Positions 18,801 through 29,189 are shown, counted from the stretch's first letter. The stretch: 64,000 bases of DNA from a virus (IMGVR_UViG_3300011116_001048:32001-96000); one strand, 5' to 3'. A program made the numbers and translations. Notes: generated by a model not told the origin, from the sequence alone.

Positions 18801-20329
18801 TGGCTGATATAACGATCACACAACCGGATTCGGTTAATTTAAAGATTGATTGTGATCGCTCTTTAGCCAAAGAGTTGAACGGCTACTTCACGTTTACTGT
18901 TCCTAATTTTCAATACACCCCTGCGTTTAAAAAACGTCTCTGGGACGGTAAGATTCGTCTGTTTAATCTGTATACCCAGACTGTATACGCTGGCCTTATA
19001 GACCATGTGGTTAAATTTGCCAAAGATCGGGGGTACACTTGGGAGCATATTCCTGCTCCATACGATATCCCTAAACCAGAAAAAGTCAAGGAGTTTATAC
19101 ACGGGTTACCGCTGTCTGCAGGAGGCAAGCCCATTCAACCCTACGACTACCAGATAGAAGCCGTACAACACGCCCTAGAGCGTTCTAGGGCCCTTCTAGT
19201 GTCTCCTACAGGCTCTGGTAAGTCTATGATGATCTACCTCCTGTGTCGTTGGATGCTAGACCAAAACCCAACCGGAAAACTCCTGATAATTGTTCCTACA
19301 ACCAGCCTTGTGGCGCAGATGTTGGCAGACTTTCGAGACTATTCCAAACAAGATACGTGGAAAGCGGATAGAAACATCCATACCGTCATGTCCGGTAAAG
19401 ACAAAACCTCTACCAAACGAATAATTATTTCCACATGGCAAAGCATTTACAACCAGCCATTTGAGTACTTTGACGATTTTATTGGAGTGTTTGGCGATGA
19501 GTGCCACCTGTTTAAAGCCAAATCACTTACTTCAATCATGAGTAAGGCCAAGAAAACCAAGTACAGAATAGGCACAACCGGTACATTAGACGGTACTCAA
19601 ACACACAAATTGGTTATTGAGGGGCTGTTTGGTCCAACGTATCACACCACCACAACCAAAAAACTTATAGACCAGGATTTGTTGTCGCAGATTAGTATTG
19701 ATTGTTTACAACTTCAGTACAGCCCCGAAGACGTTCAAACAACTAAAAAAATGACGTATGTGGACGAAATTCGTTGGGTTGTGAGTAATCCACAACGAAA
19801 TCAATTTATTAAAACCCTGTGTAAAAAATTACCCGGTAATACATTAGTGCTGTTTAACTTTGTGGAACTGCAAGGCAAACCGCTTCACGAACTATTACAA
19901 TCAGAATTGGATAAACCTGTTTATTTTATCCATGGTGAAACAGAAGTAGAATCCCGTGAACAAATCCGTAAAGCAGTCGATAAAGGATCCGATTCAGTTC
20001 TTCTTGCTTCGTACGGTACATGCAGCACAGGTATAAATATTAAGAACATTCACAACGTTATTTTTGCTTCACCATCCAAATCAGTCGTTCGTGTATTACA
20101 ATCAATCGGTCGTGGATTACGTAAGAGTGACACTAAACAGCACATGAAGCTGTTTGATATAGCTGACGATCTTCGTTATAAGAGCTACATCAACCACGGC
20201 ATGAACCATTTAGATGCTCGTTTAAAAATATATAATAATGAGAGATTTCCTTACAAAATTTTCTCTATTCAGTTACCAAAGGAGTCCAATGAGAAAACCG
20301 TACAAGATACTCAAAATGAAATCGGGTGA
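18800..20329 (+). CDS. uvsW: SF2 DNA helicase UvsW
   Basis: Motifs WDGKIRLF, SPTGSGKS, IVPTTSLV.QM, DECH.FKAKSL, TGTL and Q.IGRGLR. Confidence 0.96.
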   Translation: MADITITQPDSVNLKIDCDRSLAKELNGYFTFTVPNFQYTPAFKKRLWDGKIRLFNLYTQTVYAGLIDHVVKFAKDRGYTWEHIPAPYDIPKPEKVKEFIHGLPLSAGGKPIQPYDYQIEAVQHALERSRALLVSPTGSGKSMMIYLLCRWMLDQNPTGKLLIIVPTTSLVAQMLADFRDYSKQDTWKADRNIHTVMSGKDKTSTKRIIISTWQSIYNQPFEYFDDFIGVFGDECHLFKAKSLTSIMSKAKKTKYRIGTTGTLDGTQTHKLVIEGLFGPTYHTTTTKKLIDQDLLSQISIDCLQLQYSPEDVQTTKKMTYVDEIRWVVSNPQRNQFIKTLCKKLPGNTLVLFNFVELQGKPLHELLQSELDKPVYFIHGETEVESREQIRKAVDKGSDSVLLASYGTCSTGINIKNIHNVIFASPSKSVVRVLQSIGRGLRKSDTKQHMKLFDIADDLRYKSYINHGMNHLDARLKIYNNERFPYKIFSIQLPKESNEKTVQDTQNEIG

Positions 20330-21002
20330 AGAACTTATAGCTGGTGTTACCAGAACCAGAGACGGTAAATATAAGCTACATCGACCCATGGTTTTTAGAT
20401 CAATGGTTTCTCAAGACTTGTTTGGTAGCATGAAAGAAATTTTTATGTTAAAAAATTGGTTGATATTATCAACCGATAAACAAACTGTTATTCCGCAAGA
20501 TGCTGTGAACGCATTATTAGAACCATCCAAAGATGTAACATTTTTATACGAATCAGAAAAGCGTAAGGAAGATAAATCTGTATTAAAAGCTAAACCGTTT
20601 AAGCCACATTTACCTCCCTTAGGTTTGCCAGAATTGCCCCCAAATGCAACGGAAATGGATGAACAATCGTTGGACAAGATTCAGCAAAATCTCGAAAAGA
20701 TGATGGAAGATCTGTTTAATTTACCCGAAGAAGATTCTAACTTAAAAGATCTTGCAAAACCCAAAAAAGATGATAAAATGGTGTTTATGAACATGGTCTT
20801 TTCACCCGAAGTACTTGTTGAACTTCTTCGTTCAGGCATTCTTGATCGAAAAGAATTAGGTGAAATGATCAATGAAATTACCAATGGAAATGGCGAAGGT
20901 ATGAACCCCACCAAGTACACTGGTAATAAGAAGGACAAGAAGGATTTGGGTAATGAGTGGACGGATTGGAGTGCTGATCCGTCTTCAGAAGACTACAGAT
21001 AA
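20289..21002 (+). CDS. Hypothetical protein (conserved-looking N-terminal beta domain K.K.GEELIA)
   Basis: AAGGAG RBS precedes the ATG at 20289, in frame with track ORF 20238; located between uvsW and gp55. Confidence 0.6.
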   Translation: MRKPYKILKMKSGEELIAGVTRTRDGKYKLHRPMVFRSMVSQDLFGSMKEIFMLKNWLILSTDKQTVIPQDAVNALLEPSKDVTFLYESEKRKEDKSVLKAKPFKPHLPPLGLPELPPNATEMDEQSLDKIQQNLEKMMEDLFNLPEEDSNLKDLAKPKKDDKMVFMNMVFSPEVLVELLRSGILDRKELGEMINEITNGNGEGMNPTKYTGNKKDKKDLGNEWTDWSADPSSEDYR

Positions 21003-21053
21003 TCTAATATTCCTTTTTACTCAGACAATATATTATATCAGGATTTTTATAGC

Positions 21054-21647
21054 ATGTCAAGTGGAAAATTAAAAAAAGTTAAAAAGAAGATAAAACCAGA
21101 AAAACAAATAGAAAAATTAGTAGAAAAAGAATTAAACAACGATCATTACGTAGACAACAAGCAATTCTTAGCGGAAATGATCAAGTGGAAAAGAGAAATA
21201 CGAGAAGCTGAAGATAGTGGCGATGAAAAACCACCAGTTTCTGAATATATTGGAAGTTGCTTTTTAAAGATTGCAGAACGATTATGTTCTAAATCTAATT
21301 TTATGAACTATCCGTACAAAGATGAAATGATCGGTGATGGAATTGAAAATTGTTTGATGTACGCTCACAATTTTAATCCACGTAAATCAAAAAATCCATT
21401 TTCATATTTTACTCAAATAATATATTATGCATTTTTACGCCGAATAGAAAGAGAAAAGAAACAAGCATACATAAAATTTAAGTTGACAGAGAACATGGAT
21501 GATGGTACACTACATAAGTGGTTTAAAGAAAATTATTTTGATAAATCAACCGAACGTGAAGCTCTAAGTGAGCATTTTAGTATTTCTGAACGTGATATAG
21601 AAAAGTACGAACCAAAAAAACGTAAAAAGCGTAAATCTACAAAATGA
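21054..21647 (+). CDS. gp55: Late-transcription sigma factor gp55
   Basis: Motifs HYVDNK.FL, YIG.CF.KIA..L..K.NF.NY.Y.DEMI.DGIENC..Y..NF.P.KS.NPF.YFTQI.YYAFLRRI..EKKQ. Confidence 0.96.
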   Translation: MSSGKLKKVKKKIKPEKQIEKLVEKELNNDHYVDNKQFLAEMIKWKREIREAEDSGDEKPPVSEYIGSCFLKIAERLCSKSNFMNYPYKDEMIGDGIENCLMYAHNFNPRKSKNPFSYFTQIIYYAFLRRIEREKKQAYIKFKLTENMDDGTLHKWFKENYFDKSTEREALSEHFSISERDIEKYEPKKRKKRKSTK

Positions 21648-22681
21648 AAATTGCAGTTATTAGTGATACGCATTTTGGAGCACGTGGCGATTCTCCTCTG
21701 TTCCTTAATCATTTTTTAAAGTTTTTTGAAGACCAGTTTTTTCCGTATCTTAAAAAACACGGAATTACTAAAGTTCTTCACTTAGGTGATCTGTTTGACC
21801 GTCGAAAGTTTGTGAACTTTAATACCCTTCATCACACCAAGAAGCGATTTATTGATTGGTTTGACCAGAATGGTGTAGAGTTACACTGCATCTTGGGTAA
21901 CCACGATGTGTTTTACAAGAACACAAACCGGCTAAACTCACCCAAAGAAGTGCTGGCAGAATGTCATCCTTCGTTCCATCTGTATGAAGATGCACAAGAA
22001 GTGTGCTTCAACGGTGCTACTATTCTTATGGTTCCGTGGATCAACGAAGAAAATCAAGACCGGTTCATGCAAAAAATCAAGAACACCAAGGCAACTATAC
22101 TAGCAGGCCACTTGGAATTAAGTGGTTACGAAGTTATGCCCGGTGTAAAGTTCGGTGAAGGCATGGACGATAAGTTCCTAGAAAAGTTTGATCTGGTGCT
22201 GTCTGGTCACTTTCACAAGAAAAGTTCCAAGGGAAATGTACACTATCTGGGCACACAATACCAGATGACCAGTATTGATACCAATGAGATTAAGGGATTC
22301 CATGTGCTGGACACAGAGACCCGAGATCTTCAATTTATTCCCAATCCCATGAAAATGTTCCATAATGTGGAATGGCGAAACGGAACTCTGATTCAAGACT
22401 TTGATCCGGCCCGTTACAAGGGAACGTATGTAAAAGTGCTGGTGTACGAGAAGAAGAGTGAAACTAAGTTTGATCAGTTTATTGACAACCTGTACGCTGC
22501 TGAACCAGCAAACGTTAGTATTATTGAAGATCTGACTGATCGTACCAAGGAAGAGGGCGAACTGGATATCTCCGAAGACACTCTAAGTCTTATCAACAAA
22601 GAGATTGATGGGATGGAAGCAGAAAACAAAGAAGAGTTAAAGAATATTGTGCGTGAGCTTTATATGGAGAGTTTAGAGTGA
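21644..22681 (+). CDS. gp47: Recombination endonuclease subunit gp47 (Mre11/SbcD-like)
   Basis: Metallophosphoesterase motifs D.HFG, GDLFD, GNHD, GHLE and SGHFH. Confidence 0.95.
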   Translation: MKIAVISDTHFGARGDSPLFLNHFLKFFEDQFFPYLKKHGITKVLHLGDLFDRRKFVNFNTLHHTKKRFIDWFDQNGVELHCILGNHDVFYKNTNRLNSPKEVLAECHPSFHLYEDAQEVCFNGATILMVPWINEENQDRFMQKIKNTKATILAGHLELSGYEVMPGVKFGEGMDDKFLEKFDLVLSGHFHKKSSKGNVHYLGTQYQMTSIDTNEIKGFHVLDTETRDLQFIPNPMKMFHNVEWRNGTLIQDFDPARYKGTYVKVLVYEKKSETKFDQFIDNLYAAEPANVSIIEDLTDRTKEEGELDISEDTLSLINKEIDGMEAENKEELKNIVRELYMESLE

Positions 22682-24402
22682 TCACATTCAAGACTGTTCG
22701 TTTTAAGAATTTTGGTTCTTTCGGTAATACCTTTACTGAAATTAACCTAAACAAAAATAACACAACTCTGGTGTGTGGTTCTAATGGTAACGGTAAGTCG
22801 TTTGCTTTCCTAGACTCTATCTCGTTTGCCCTATTTGGCAAACCGTTTCGTAACATGAACATTCCCCAACTTGTAAATAGCATCAACAAGAAAAATTGTG
22901 TGGTGGAATTAGAATTCAGTATTGGTAAAACCGAATACAAAATTGTTCGTGGTTTGGCTCCCAAAGTGTTTAAGATCTACAAGGACGATGAGCTACTGAA
23001 TGAAGACGCTAAGAGTAAAGACTACCAGAAGATCCTAGAAGAACAAATTGTGGGCATGAATCATAAGACGTTCTCTCAAGTGGTTGTGCTTGGCTCATCT
23101 TCGTTTATTCCGTTCATGCAGTTAACCCCAGCAGATCGTCGTCTAGTTATTGAAAATATTTTAGACATCGGTATCTTCTCAGAGATGAATGGTGTACTAA
23201 AAACCAAGATTGGTACTGCCAAAGGCAACCTACAGGCAGTAGAGTCTGAACTATTGTTAGTAAACGAAAAAGTTTCTGCAACCAAAGAGGTGTTGGAGTC
23301 GTACCAACGCAACACGTCAGATCGTGTGGCAGACCGTAAAAAGACTCTGGAAGAAAACACCGAAACCATCAAGGCCCTTTCCAAGGAGATCAAAGCTCTT
23401 CAAAAGACCATGAAGGAACTGGAAGCCGAAACAGAACCGGGAGATCAGATCAGTGCTGAACTTAAAAAACAACAAATTGTACTTTTTAAACTGGAAAGTA
23501 CTATTGAGGGAGTTCAAGAAGACATCAAGTTCTTTGAAAAGAACCAAAGTTGCCCAACCTGCAAACAAACCATCAGCAAGGAACACAAAGAAACAGTTAT
23601 TGCTGAAAAGACAGAAAAAGCACAAGAACATAACCGTTCACTGGAACGCATAAAAGAAGCAATCAATATGTCTAAGAATAATTTGAACAAGATTACCAGT
23701 GTTCAAAATAAACTTAATGATCTAATCATCAAAGCTTCTGCCAAAGAGCAAACAGTAGAGTCTCTGGTTAAACTAAACCAAAAGTTAGATCAGGAGATGC
23801 TGGCGGTTGTAGAAACCGCAGACACACAAGCCAAGATTCAAGAAGCACAGGAACGTCTTTCTGATCTGCTATCCAAACAAGAAAAACTTTTGGAAAAAAA
23901 ACAGAAAGCTCTTGACACGCTCCGTTCGTATGATAAACTGGTATTCTTGTTCAAGGACAGTGGAATCAAAGCCAAGATTGTAAAATACTATATTCCACTA
24001 ATTAACAAGTACGTGAACAAGTATCTAAACAACATGGACTTCTACGCAAACTTCCATCTAGACGAGGAGTTTAACGAAGTCATTAAGAGCCGCCATCGTG
24101 ACGAGTTCTGTTACGAATCGTTCAGCGAAGGCGAGAAAATGAGAATCGATCTGGCACTGCTTCTGACATGGCGAGAGATCGCAAAGTTGAAGAACAGTGT
24201 CAATACTAATCTGCTTATTCTGGATGAAGTATTTGATTCCAGTTTGGACAGTGGTGGAGTGGATGAGCTAATGAAACTGCTGTCTAGTTTTGGTGCCCGT
24301 GCAAACGTCTATGTCATTAGCCATAAGACGGACCAACTACTAGATAGATTCAATCACGTTGTTCAATTCGACAAGAAAAAGAACTTTAGTAGGATTGTAT
24401 GA
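22678..24402 (+). CDS. gp46: Recombination ATPase subunit gp46 (Rad50/SbcC-like)
   Basis: Walker A G.NGNGKS, zinc hook CPTC, signature FSEGEKMRID and Walker B LILDEVFDSSLD. Confidence 0.97.
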   Translation: MITFKTVRFKNFGSFGNTFTEINLNKNNTTLVCGSNGNGKSFAFLDSISFALFGKPFRNMNIPQLVNSINKKNCVVELEFSIGKTEYKIVRGLAPKVFKIYKDDELLNEDAKSKDYQKILEEQIVGMNHKTFSQVVVLGSSSFIPFMQLTPADRRLVIENILDIGIFSEMNGVLKTKIGTAKGNLQAVESELLLVNEKVSATKEVLESYQRNTSDRVADRKKTLEENTETIKALSKEIKALQKTMKELEAETEPGDQISAELKKQQIVLFKLESTIEGVQEDIKFFEKNQSCPTCKQTISKEHKETVIAEKTEKAQEHNRSLERIKEAINMSKNNLNKITSVQNKLNDLIIKASAKEQTVESLVKLNQKLDQEMLAVVETADTQAKIQEAQERLSDLLSKQEKLLEKKQKALDTLRSYDKLVFLFKDSGIKAKIVKYYIPLINKYVNKYLNNMDFYANFHLDEEFNEVIKSRHRDEFCYESFSEGEKMRIDLALLLTWREIAKLKNSVNTNLLILDEVFDSSLDSGGVDELMKLLSSFGARANVYVISHKTDQLLDRFNHVVQFDKKKNFSRIV

Positions 24403-24593
24403 GAAAAAAACAAGATAAAAGAAAAATACCATATCAAGGATCTCCACATAAGTTTAGAGTTCCTGATGCTTATCTTAAAAATCCTAAATTGTGGGAAGCT
24501 AAAATTAAAAAAGAAGAAGATAAAAAGAAAAAAGAAGAAGCAGAATTTTTTGAATGGTATAATAAAGAACTGAAAAAATACGGATATAAATGA
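24399..24593 (+). CDS. Small Lys-rich hypothetical protein
   Basis: ATGA-overlaps gp46 and the next gene, filling the operon gap. Confidence 0.55.
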   Translation: MRKKQDKRKIPYQGSPHKFRVPDAYLKNPKLWEAKIKKEEDKKKKEEAEFFEWYNKELKKYGYK

Positions 24594-25330
24594 AAAAGAA
24601 AAAGAAAAAGGTGTCACGCCGCATCGGTAGGGGAGATTCTGTAGACTCGCTAATTATGGGTAGCGAGCCTATATGGAAGGATGCAGACAAGCTAACTCCA
24701 GAAGAATACGATACCAAGATCCTTAAGGCTATTAACTGGTACAGTTATTCGTGTGACAATAACATGTGCAAGCCATGGGTCATCGACTGGATGATGAAGA
24801 ACGAGTATTCTAAAAAGGACATCAAGGCGGCTGCAGCATGCGATATCAATGCTATGGAGTTTATGTATATTGGTAGCCGTTGCCGTATTATGAATCTGGG
24901 GGCTAAACTACGACCAGAAACTCTGGATATGATCAAGAAGAACGTAGACCAGATTATTCATCAGGGGTTGATTCGTCCGGCTAAGATCGAAGATCCTAAC
25001 AAGGAAAGGGTTAATGTTCAAGAACGTATTCTAAAGAAGAGTATAGAATACATGGCCGTAATTGAAGGCCGTATTGATCATTTTTACGATCTTGCAATCC
25101 ACGATGGACTAAAGAACGTAGATCATACTGAATGGCTTCGTAGTGAAGGCATCAAGCCTGTACACTATAAGCGTTTAGCTAAAGTTCTAGACCCACACAT
25201 TAAAGAACTAAAAACAGCATATAAAGGCCAAGATGCAGATCTTAAAGAAGGATTTTCGTTCCTCGGTAAACGTAAGATCAAACAAATGATAACTACATTA
25301 GAGGAATTTAAGGAAATTCTTAATGGCTAA
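24590..25330 (+). CDS. Hypothetical protein
   Basis: 246-aa ORF, coupled on both sides, with phage-typical codon use; function not recognised. Confidence 0.7.
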   Translation: MKKKKKKVSRRIGRGDSVDSLIMGSEPIWKDADKLTPEEYDTKILKAINWYSYSCDNNMCKPWVIDWMMKNEYSKKDIKAAAACDINAMEFMYIGSRCRIMNLGAKLRPETLDMIKKNVDQIIHQGLIRPAKIEDPNKERVNVQERILKKSIEYMAVIEGRIDHFYDLAIHDGLKNVDHTEWLRSEGIKPVHYKRLAKVLDPHIKELKTAYKGQDADLKEGFSFLGKRKIKQMITTLEEFKEILNG

Positions 25331-25643
25331 TTTTCCAACAATATTTAAAGTAACAGACGGTTCTGGAAATTGTATACAATACGCCAAAGGTGATGTTGTA
25401 TATAAAAATGGAGAAGCGTATATTGCAAAAGTAATTCCTACACCGTGTCTTTCTCCGGAGCACAAAGCGTCAGGATGGGAACCACTAGCAAGTGAAAGAA
25501 CTGGAACAACAGTAACTTATTACAATTCCACTACCGCACCCGCCAGAGTGGTTCAGGGAGATGAATGGTTCAATCCAAGTACTGGAAGATTGTACAAATA
25601 TATTATTGATTCAAATTCCGAACAATGGGTACAAATCTTTTGA
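25323..25643 (+). CDS. Small protein with a CBM5/12 (ChtBD3)-like N-terminal half and a fibre-type GDxW module
   Basis: Y.KGD.V..NG..Y.AK......P......W, followed by GDEWFNPSTGRLYKY..D....QWVQ. Confidence 0.5.
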   Translation: MANFPTIFKVTDGSGNCIQYAKGDVVYKNGEAYIAKVIPTPCLSPEHKASGWEPLASERTGTTVTYYNSTTAPARVVQGDEWFNPSTGRLYKYIIDSNSEQWVQIF

Positions 25644-25667
25644 CTTTTGTTTTTTCTGTGGTATATT
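25640..25667 (+). promoter_or_regulatory. Sigma70-type promoter upstream of rnh
   Basis: TTGACT-16 nt-TATATT; the -10 hexamer ends 6 nt before the ATG at 25674. Confidence 0.6.
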
Positions 25668-25673
25668 TAAATC

Positions 25674-26510
25674 ATGTTACTTATTGACAACAACCAGATT
25701 ATTCTGGCTAATATTTTTCAGGCATCCAAAGATGGCGAACCCTTGAATGAAGATTATGTTCGCCATACGGTTCTGAACACGTATCGTAAATATCGCACAA
25801 AGTTTCGCAATTATGGAGAAATGATTCTCTGTAATGACGGAAATAATTATTGGCGCAAAGAGATTTTTCCTTATTATAAGGCAAATCGTAAAAAGCAGCA
25901 AGAATCTAAGAAAGAAGAATGGAAAGCTGTTTTTGATGTACTGGATAATCTAAGAGAAGAAATTAAAGACGTTTTTCCGTATCCTAGCATTCGTATGCAA
26001 GGAGCAGAAGCAGACGATATTATTTACACTCTTTGCAAGACTTATTCGCCATCCGAAAAAGTTCTTATTATTTCTAACGATAAAGACTTTCAACAATTAC
26101 AGATGTTTCCAAATGTAGAGCAATACAGCCCCACTACAGATAAATATCTTACATGTTCCGATCCTCGTGGATTTCTTTTTGAACATGTAATTGGTGGTGA
26201 TTCTAGTGACGGAATTCCTAATATTCTGAGCGATGACGATACCTTTGTGCAAGACGGAAAGCGCCAAACACCATTAACTCAAAAACGAATTACACAAATT
26301 AAAAAGGACGCGGAATTGTCCACATTTTATGAAAATCCTAAATATGTTAGAAACAGTACACTAATTGATATGAGTAATGTACCACAAGATCTACAAGATC
26401 GTATTTTAGAATCTTATCAGTCTCAGAAAGGAAAAGGCAGAACCAAGCTGCTTCAGTATTTTATTGATCATAAACTGAAGAGTCTCATGCCACATTTAGA
26501 GGAGTTTTGA
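25674..26510 (+). CDS. rnh: RNase H / 5'-3' exonuclease (T4 rnh family)
   Basis: Motifs LID.NQI, WR...FPYYKA.RK, EADDII, IISNDKDF.QL and GD.SDGIPN.LS.D. Confidence 0.93.
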   Translation: MLLIDNNQIILANIFQASKDGEPLNEDYVRHTVLNTYRKYRTKFRNYGEMILCNDGNNYWRKEIFPYYKANRKKQQESKKEEWKAVFDVLDNLREEIKDVFPYPSIRMQGAEADDIIYTLCKTYSPSEKVLIISNDKDFQQLQMFPNVEQYSPTTDKYLTCSDPRGFLFEHVIGGDSSDGIPNILSDDDTFVQDGKRQTPLTQKRITQIKKDAELSTFYENPKYVRNSTLIDMSNVPQDLQDRILESYQSQKGKGRTKLLQYFIDHKLKSLMPHLEEF

Positions 26511-26692
26511 TGTATACCCCAGAACCTGAATCAGAGTATGAGCGTTGGAAGCGTGAACAAAAAGAACGTAAGCAAGCGCGAAAAACAAAACGCCCTCGCA
26601 AACCAAATCAACAACAGTGGTTAAATGATCTTCGCCACGGATACACATCTGATGGCGATGATTTTGAAAATTTTGAACGATTTAACAAATAA
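26507..26692 (+). CDS. Small basic hypothetical protein
   Basis: ATGA-coupled to rnh; fills the gap before gp45. Confidence 0.5.
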   Translation: MMYTPEPESEYERWKREQKERKQARKTKRPRKPNQQQWLNDLRHGYTSDGDDFENFERFNK

Positions 26693-26707
26693 AAGGAAAT
26701 GTATATT

Positions 26708-27394
26708 ATGACTAAAGCGACAACAACAATCTCTAAGGATACGCTGAACATTCTTAAGAATTTCAGCGGTATTAATTCTAATCTGTATGTAAAGCCCGGT
26801 TCAAAGATTACAACTATGTCCCCTACCAAGAACATCATGGCAGAGGTAGAAGTTGAAGAATCTTTTGATACTGAGTTTGGTATTTGGGATCTGAACAAGC
26901 TTCTGGGTGTTATTTCACTGTTTCAAGAACCAGAATTTGCTTTTGAAAACAAGTACATGACAATTACTGGTGCTAGAGGTTCCACTGTAAAATACTATTA
27001 TTCTGATCCTAAGCTCCTATCATATCCAACTAAGAGCATCAAGAAGATCGATTCTGTCGTAGAGTTTGATCTTACTGCAGATGACTTTAAGGAACTACAA
27101 CGAGCAAGTGCTGTTCTAGGCAATCCAGATTTGTGTTTTATTTCTGAAGATGACAAGGTACTTGCTGTGGTAAAGGATCTCAAGGATCCAACCTGTAACG
27201 TGTTCTCTATTGAGGTTGGTGAAAACAAGAACGAAGCCGAGTTTTCATTTAACTTCAAGATGGAAAACATGAAGATGTTAGATGGAGATTATCACGTAGC
27301 TCTGTCTAAGAGCGTGATTGGTCAGTTTACAAACGCCAGTCGTCCACTAACGTATTGGGTGGCTATGGATGCCAGCAGCACCTACAAGGGATAA
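26708..27394 (+). CDS. gp45: Sliding clamp gp45
   Basis: Motifs T..ILKNFS.IN, F...FGI.DLN..LG and YYYSDP..L..P.K. AAGGA RBS; the ATG at 26699 is an alternative start. Confidence 0.93.
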   Translation: MTKATTTISKDTLNILKNFSGINSNLYVKPGSKITTMSPTKNIMAEVEVEESFDTEFGIWDLNKLLGVISLFQEPEFAFENKYMTITGARGSTVKYYYSDPKLLSYPTKSIKKIDSVVEFDLTADDFKELQRASAVLGNPDLCFISEDDKVLAVVKDLKDPTCNVFSIEVGENKNEAEFSFNFKMENMKMLDGDYHVALSKSVIGQFTNASRPLTYWVAMDASSTYKG

Positions 27395-27395
27395 T

Positions 27396-28355
27396 ATGCT
27401 AACTGCAAATGATGCTATTGGACTTCTCGTTGAGAAGTATCGTCCTGCTATTATTGATCATTGCGTACTTCCTCAAGACTTGAAGGACACGTTTAATAGT
27501 ATTGTGGAGTCTGGGGAGTGCCCTAATCTGCTTCTAGCAGGCAAGCCCGGTATGGGTAAGACCACAGTAGCCAAGGCACTGTGTACCCAACTAGGCGCAG
27601 ATTATATTCTGATCAACTGTTCTGAAGACGGTAATATTGATACCCTACGAACCAAGATCCGACAATTTGCCAGTACGGTGTCGCTGTCAGAAGGGGCCAA
27701 GCAGAAGATCGTTATTCTGGACGAGTTCGACTACTCTAACGCCCAGAGCATTCAGCCAGCCCTTCGTGGAGCTATTGAAGAGTTTGCTAAGACTTGCCGG
27801 TTTATCTTGACGTGCAACTACAAGAACCGTATTATTGAGCCTATCCATTCTCGTTGCACGGTTATTGATTTTAATTTCCCTGCAAAGGAACGTCCAGAAC
27901 TGGCCAAGCAGTTTCTGTCCCGTTGTCAAGGTATTCTAGACGAAGAAGGCATCAAGTACGATCTCAAGGTGCTGTCTAAGGTCGTCGTCAAGTTTTTTCC
28001 GGATTTTCGTCGTACCCTAAACGAACTCCAGAGGTACTCTGCGGCTGGGGTTATTGATATTGGAATCCTTAGCACGGCTGGAGAACTTAACATCAAGGAA
28101 TTGATGGGGTTCTTAAAGACCAAGAACTTTACAGAGATTCGTAAGTGGGTAGCCAACAATCTAGACAACAGCCCTCAGGACGTGTTTAGGAAGGTCTACG
28201 ATGGCTTATACGAGCATCTAGATCCCAAGAGCATTCCTCAAGCAGTTGTGATTATAGGCGAATACCAATACAAAACCGCATTTGTAGCGGACCAAGAAAT
28301 CAATCTGTGTGCGTTTATGGTAGAAGTAATGATGAATTGTGAGTTTAAGGAATGA
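27396..28355 (+). CDS. gp44: Clamp loader large subunit gp44
   Basis: Motifs VEKYRP, G.PGMGKTT, ILDEFD, FILTCN..N.II.P.HSRC and FPDFRR..NELQRY. Confidence 0.96.
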   Translation: MLTANDAIGLLVEKYRPAIIDHCVLPQDLKDTFNSIVESGECPNLLLAGKPGMGKTTVAKALCTQLGADYILINCSEDGNIDTLRTKIRQFASTVSLSEGAKQKIVILDEFDYSNAQSIQPALRGAIEEFAKTCRFILTCNYKNRIIEPIHSRCTVIDFNFPAKERPELAKQFLSRCQGILDEEGIKYDLKVLSKVVVKFFPDFRRTLNELQRYSAAGVIDIGILSTAGELNIKELMGFLKTKNFTEIRKWVANNLDNSPQDVFRKVYDGLYEHLDPKSIPQAVVIIGEYQYKTAFVADQEINLCAFMVEVMMNCEFKE

Positions 28356-28747
28356 ATCCGTTTGACTTCCTAAATTCCATAAATCAAACAAAAATTCCAC
28401 TTATGGACGAAGACCCCGGGTGCGAACGGGAGTACAATCCATTTCTAGCCAATCGTGGTCTTTCGTACTTTTCTGATACTATATTTTTGGCAAATGAAAT
28501 GAACCGCTTACCAGGTTTGGGCAAAAAGCTCCAGTACGACTTTCTTCGAGTATCTGCCCGAGCCCGTAAACGATACAGTAAGTGGATCAAGGACGAGTCT
28601 AATGACCGTATAGACGCTTTAAAGACCCTATACGGTTACTCCCATACCAAAGCCAAACAGGCAGCAGAACTAATATCAGAAGACGATTGGAAGCTTATTT
28701 TTGCTCGTTTGAATCAAGGTGGCACAAATACTAAAATTCCTAAATAA
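28352..28747 (+). CDS. gp62: Clamp loader small subunit gp62
   Basis: Motifs PFDFLNSIN..K, Y.PF..NR.LSYF.DT...ANEMN, QYDF.....R.RKR.SKW.K and YGYS..KA. Confidence 0.93.
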   Translation: MNPFDFLNSINQTKIPLMDEDPGCEREYNPFLANRGLSYFSDTIFLANEMNRLPGLGKKLQYDFLRVSARARKRYSKWIKDESNDRIDALKTLYGYSHTKAKQAAELISEDDWKLIFARLNQGGTNTKIPK

Positions 28748-28784
28748 TTCCGTGTTACTGAAATTTTAATGAAAGCGGATTATT

Positions 28785-29189
28785 ATGGAACCCGAAGATA
28801 TTTTTGATGGCCTTGGAGTTGAAATTAAATTAAAATCTAAAGACGATTTTCTCAAGGTCAAAGAAACACTTACCCGCATGGGTGTGTCATCCAAGAAAGA
28901 AAAAAAGCTGTATCAAAGTTGTCACATCCTCCACAAGCGAGGACGTTACGCTATTATGCATTTTAAAGAAATGTTAGATCTTGACGGATTAGAAACAGAT
29001 ATAGACGATACCGACCTTGGCCGTCGTAATATGATTGTAAAGCTGCTAGTAGAATGGGGGCTAGTAGAAGCAGTCGATCCAGAAGAATATAAAGAACCAA
29101 TTATTTCTCTGGCTCAATTAAAAATTATTCCCCATAAAGAAAAGAAAGAATGGCAACTGGTGCCTAAATATCATATAGGAAACTCTTAA
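28785..29189 (+). CDS. regA: Translational repressor RegA
   Basis: Motifs DDFLKVKETLTR.GV.S.K.K.LYQSCHILHK.GRY.I.HFKE...LDG, RRN.I..LL..WGL and KI...KEK.EW.LVPKY.IG. Confidence 0.97.
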   Translation: MEPEDIFDGLGVEIKLKSKDDFLKVKETLTRMGVSSKKEKKLYQSCHILHKRGRYAIMHFKEMLDLDGLETDIDDTDLGRRNMIVKLLVEWGLVEAVDPEEYKEPIISLAQLKIIPHKEKKEWQLVPKYHIGNS

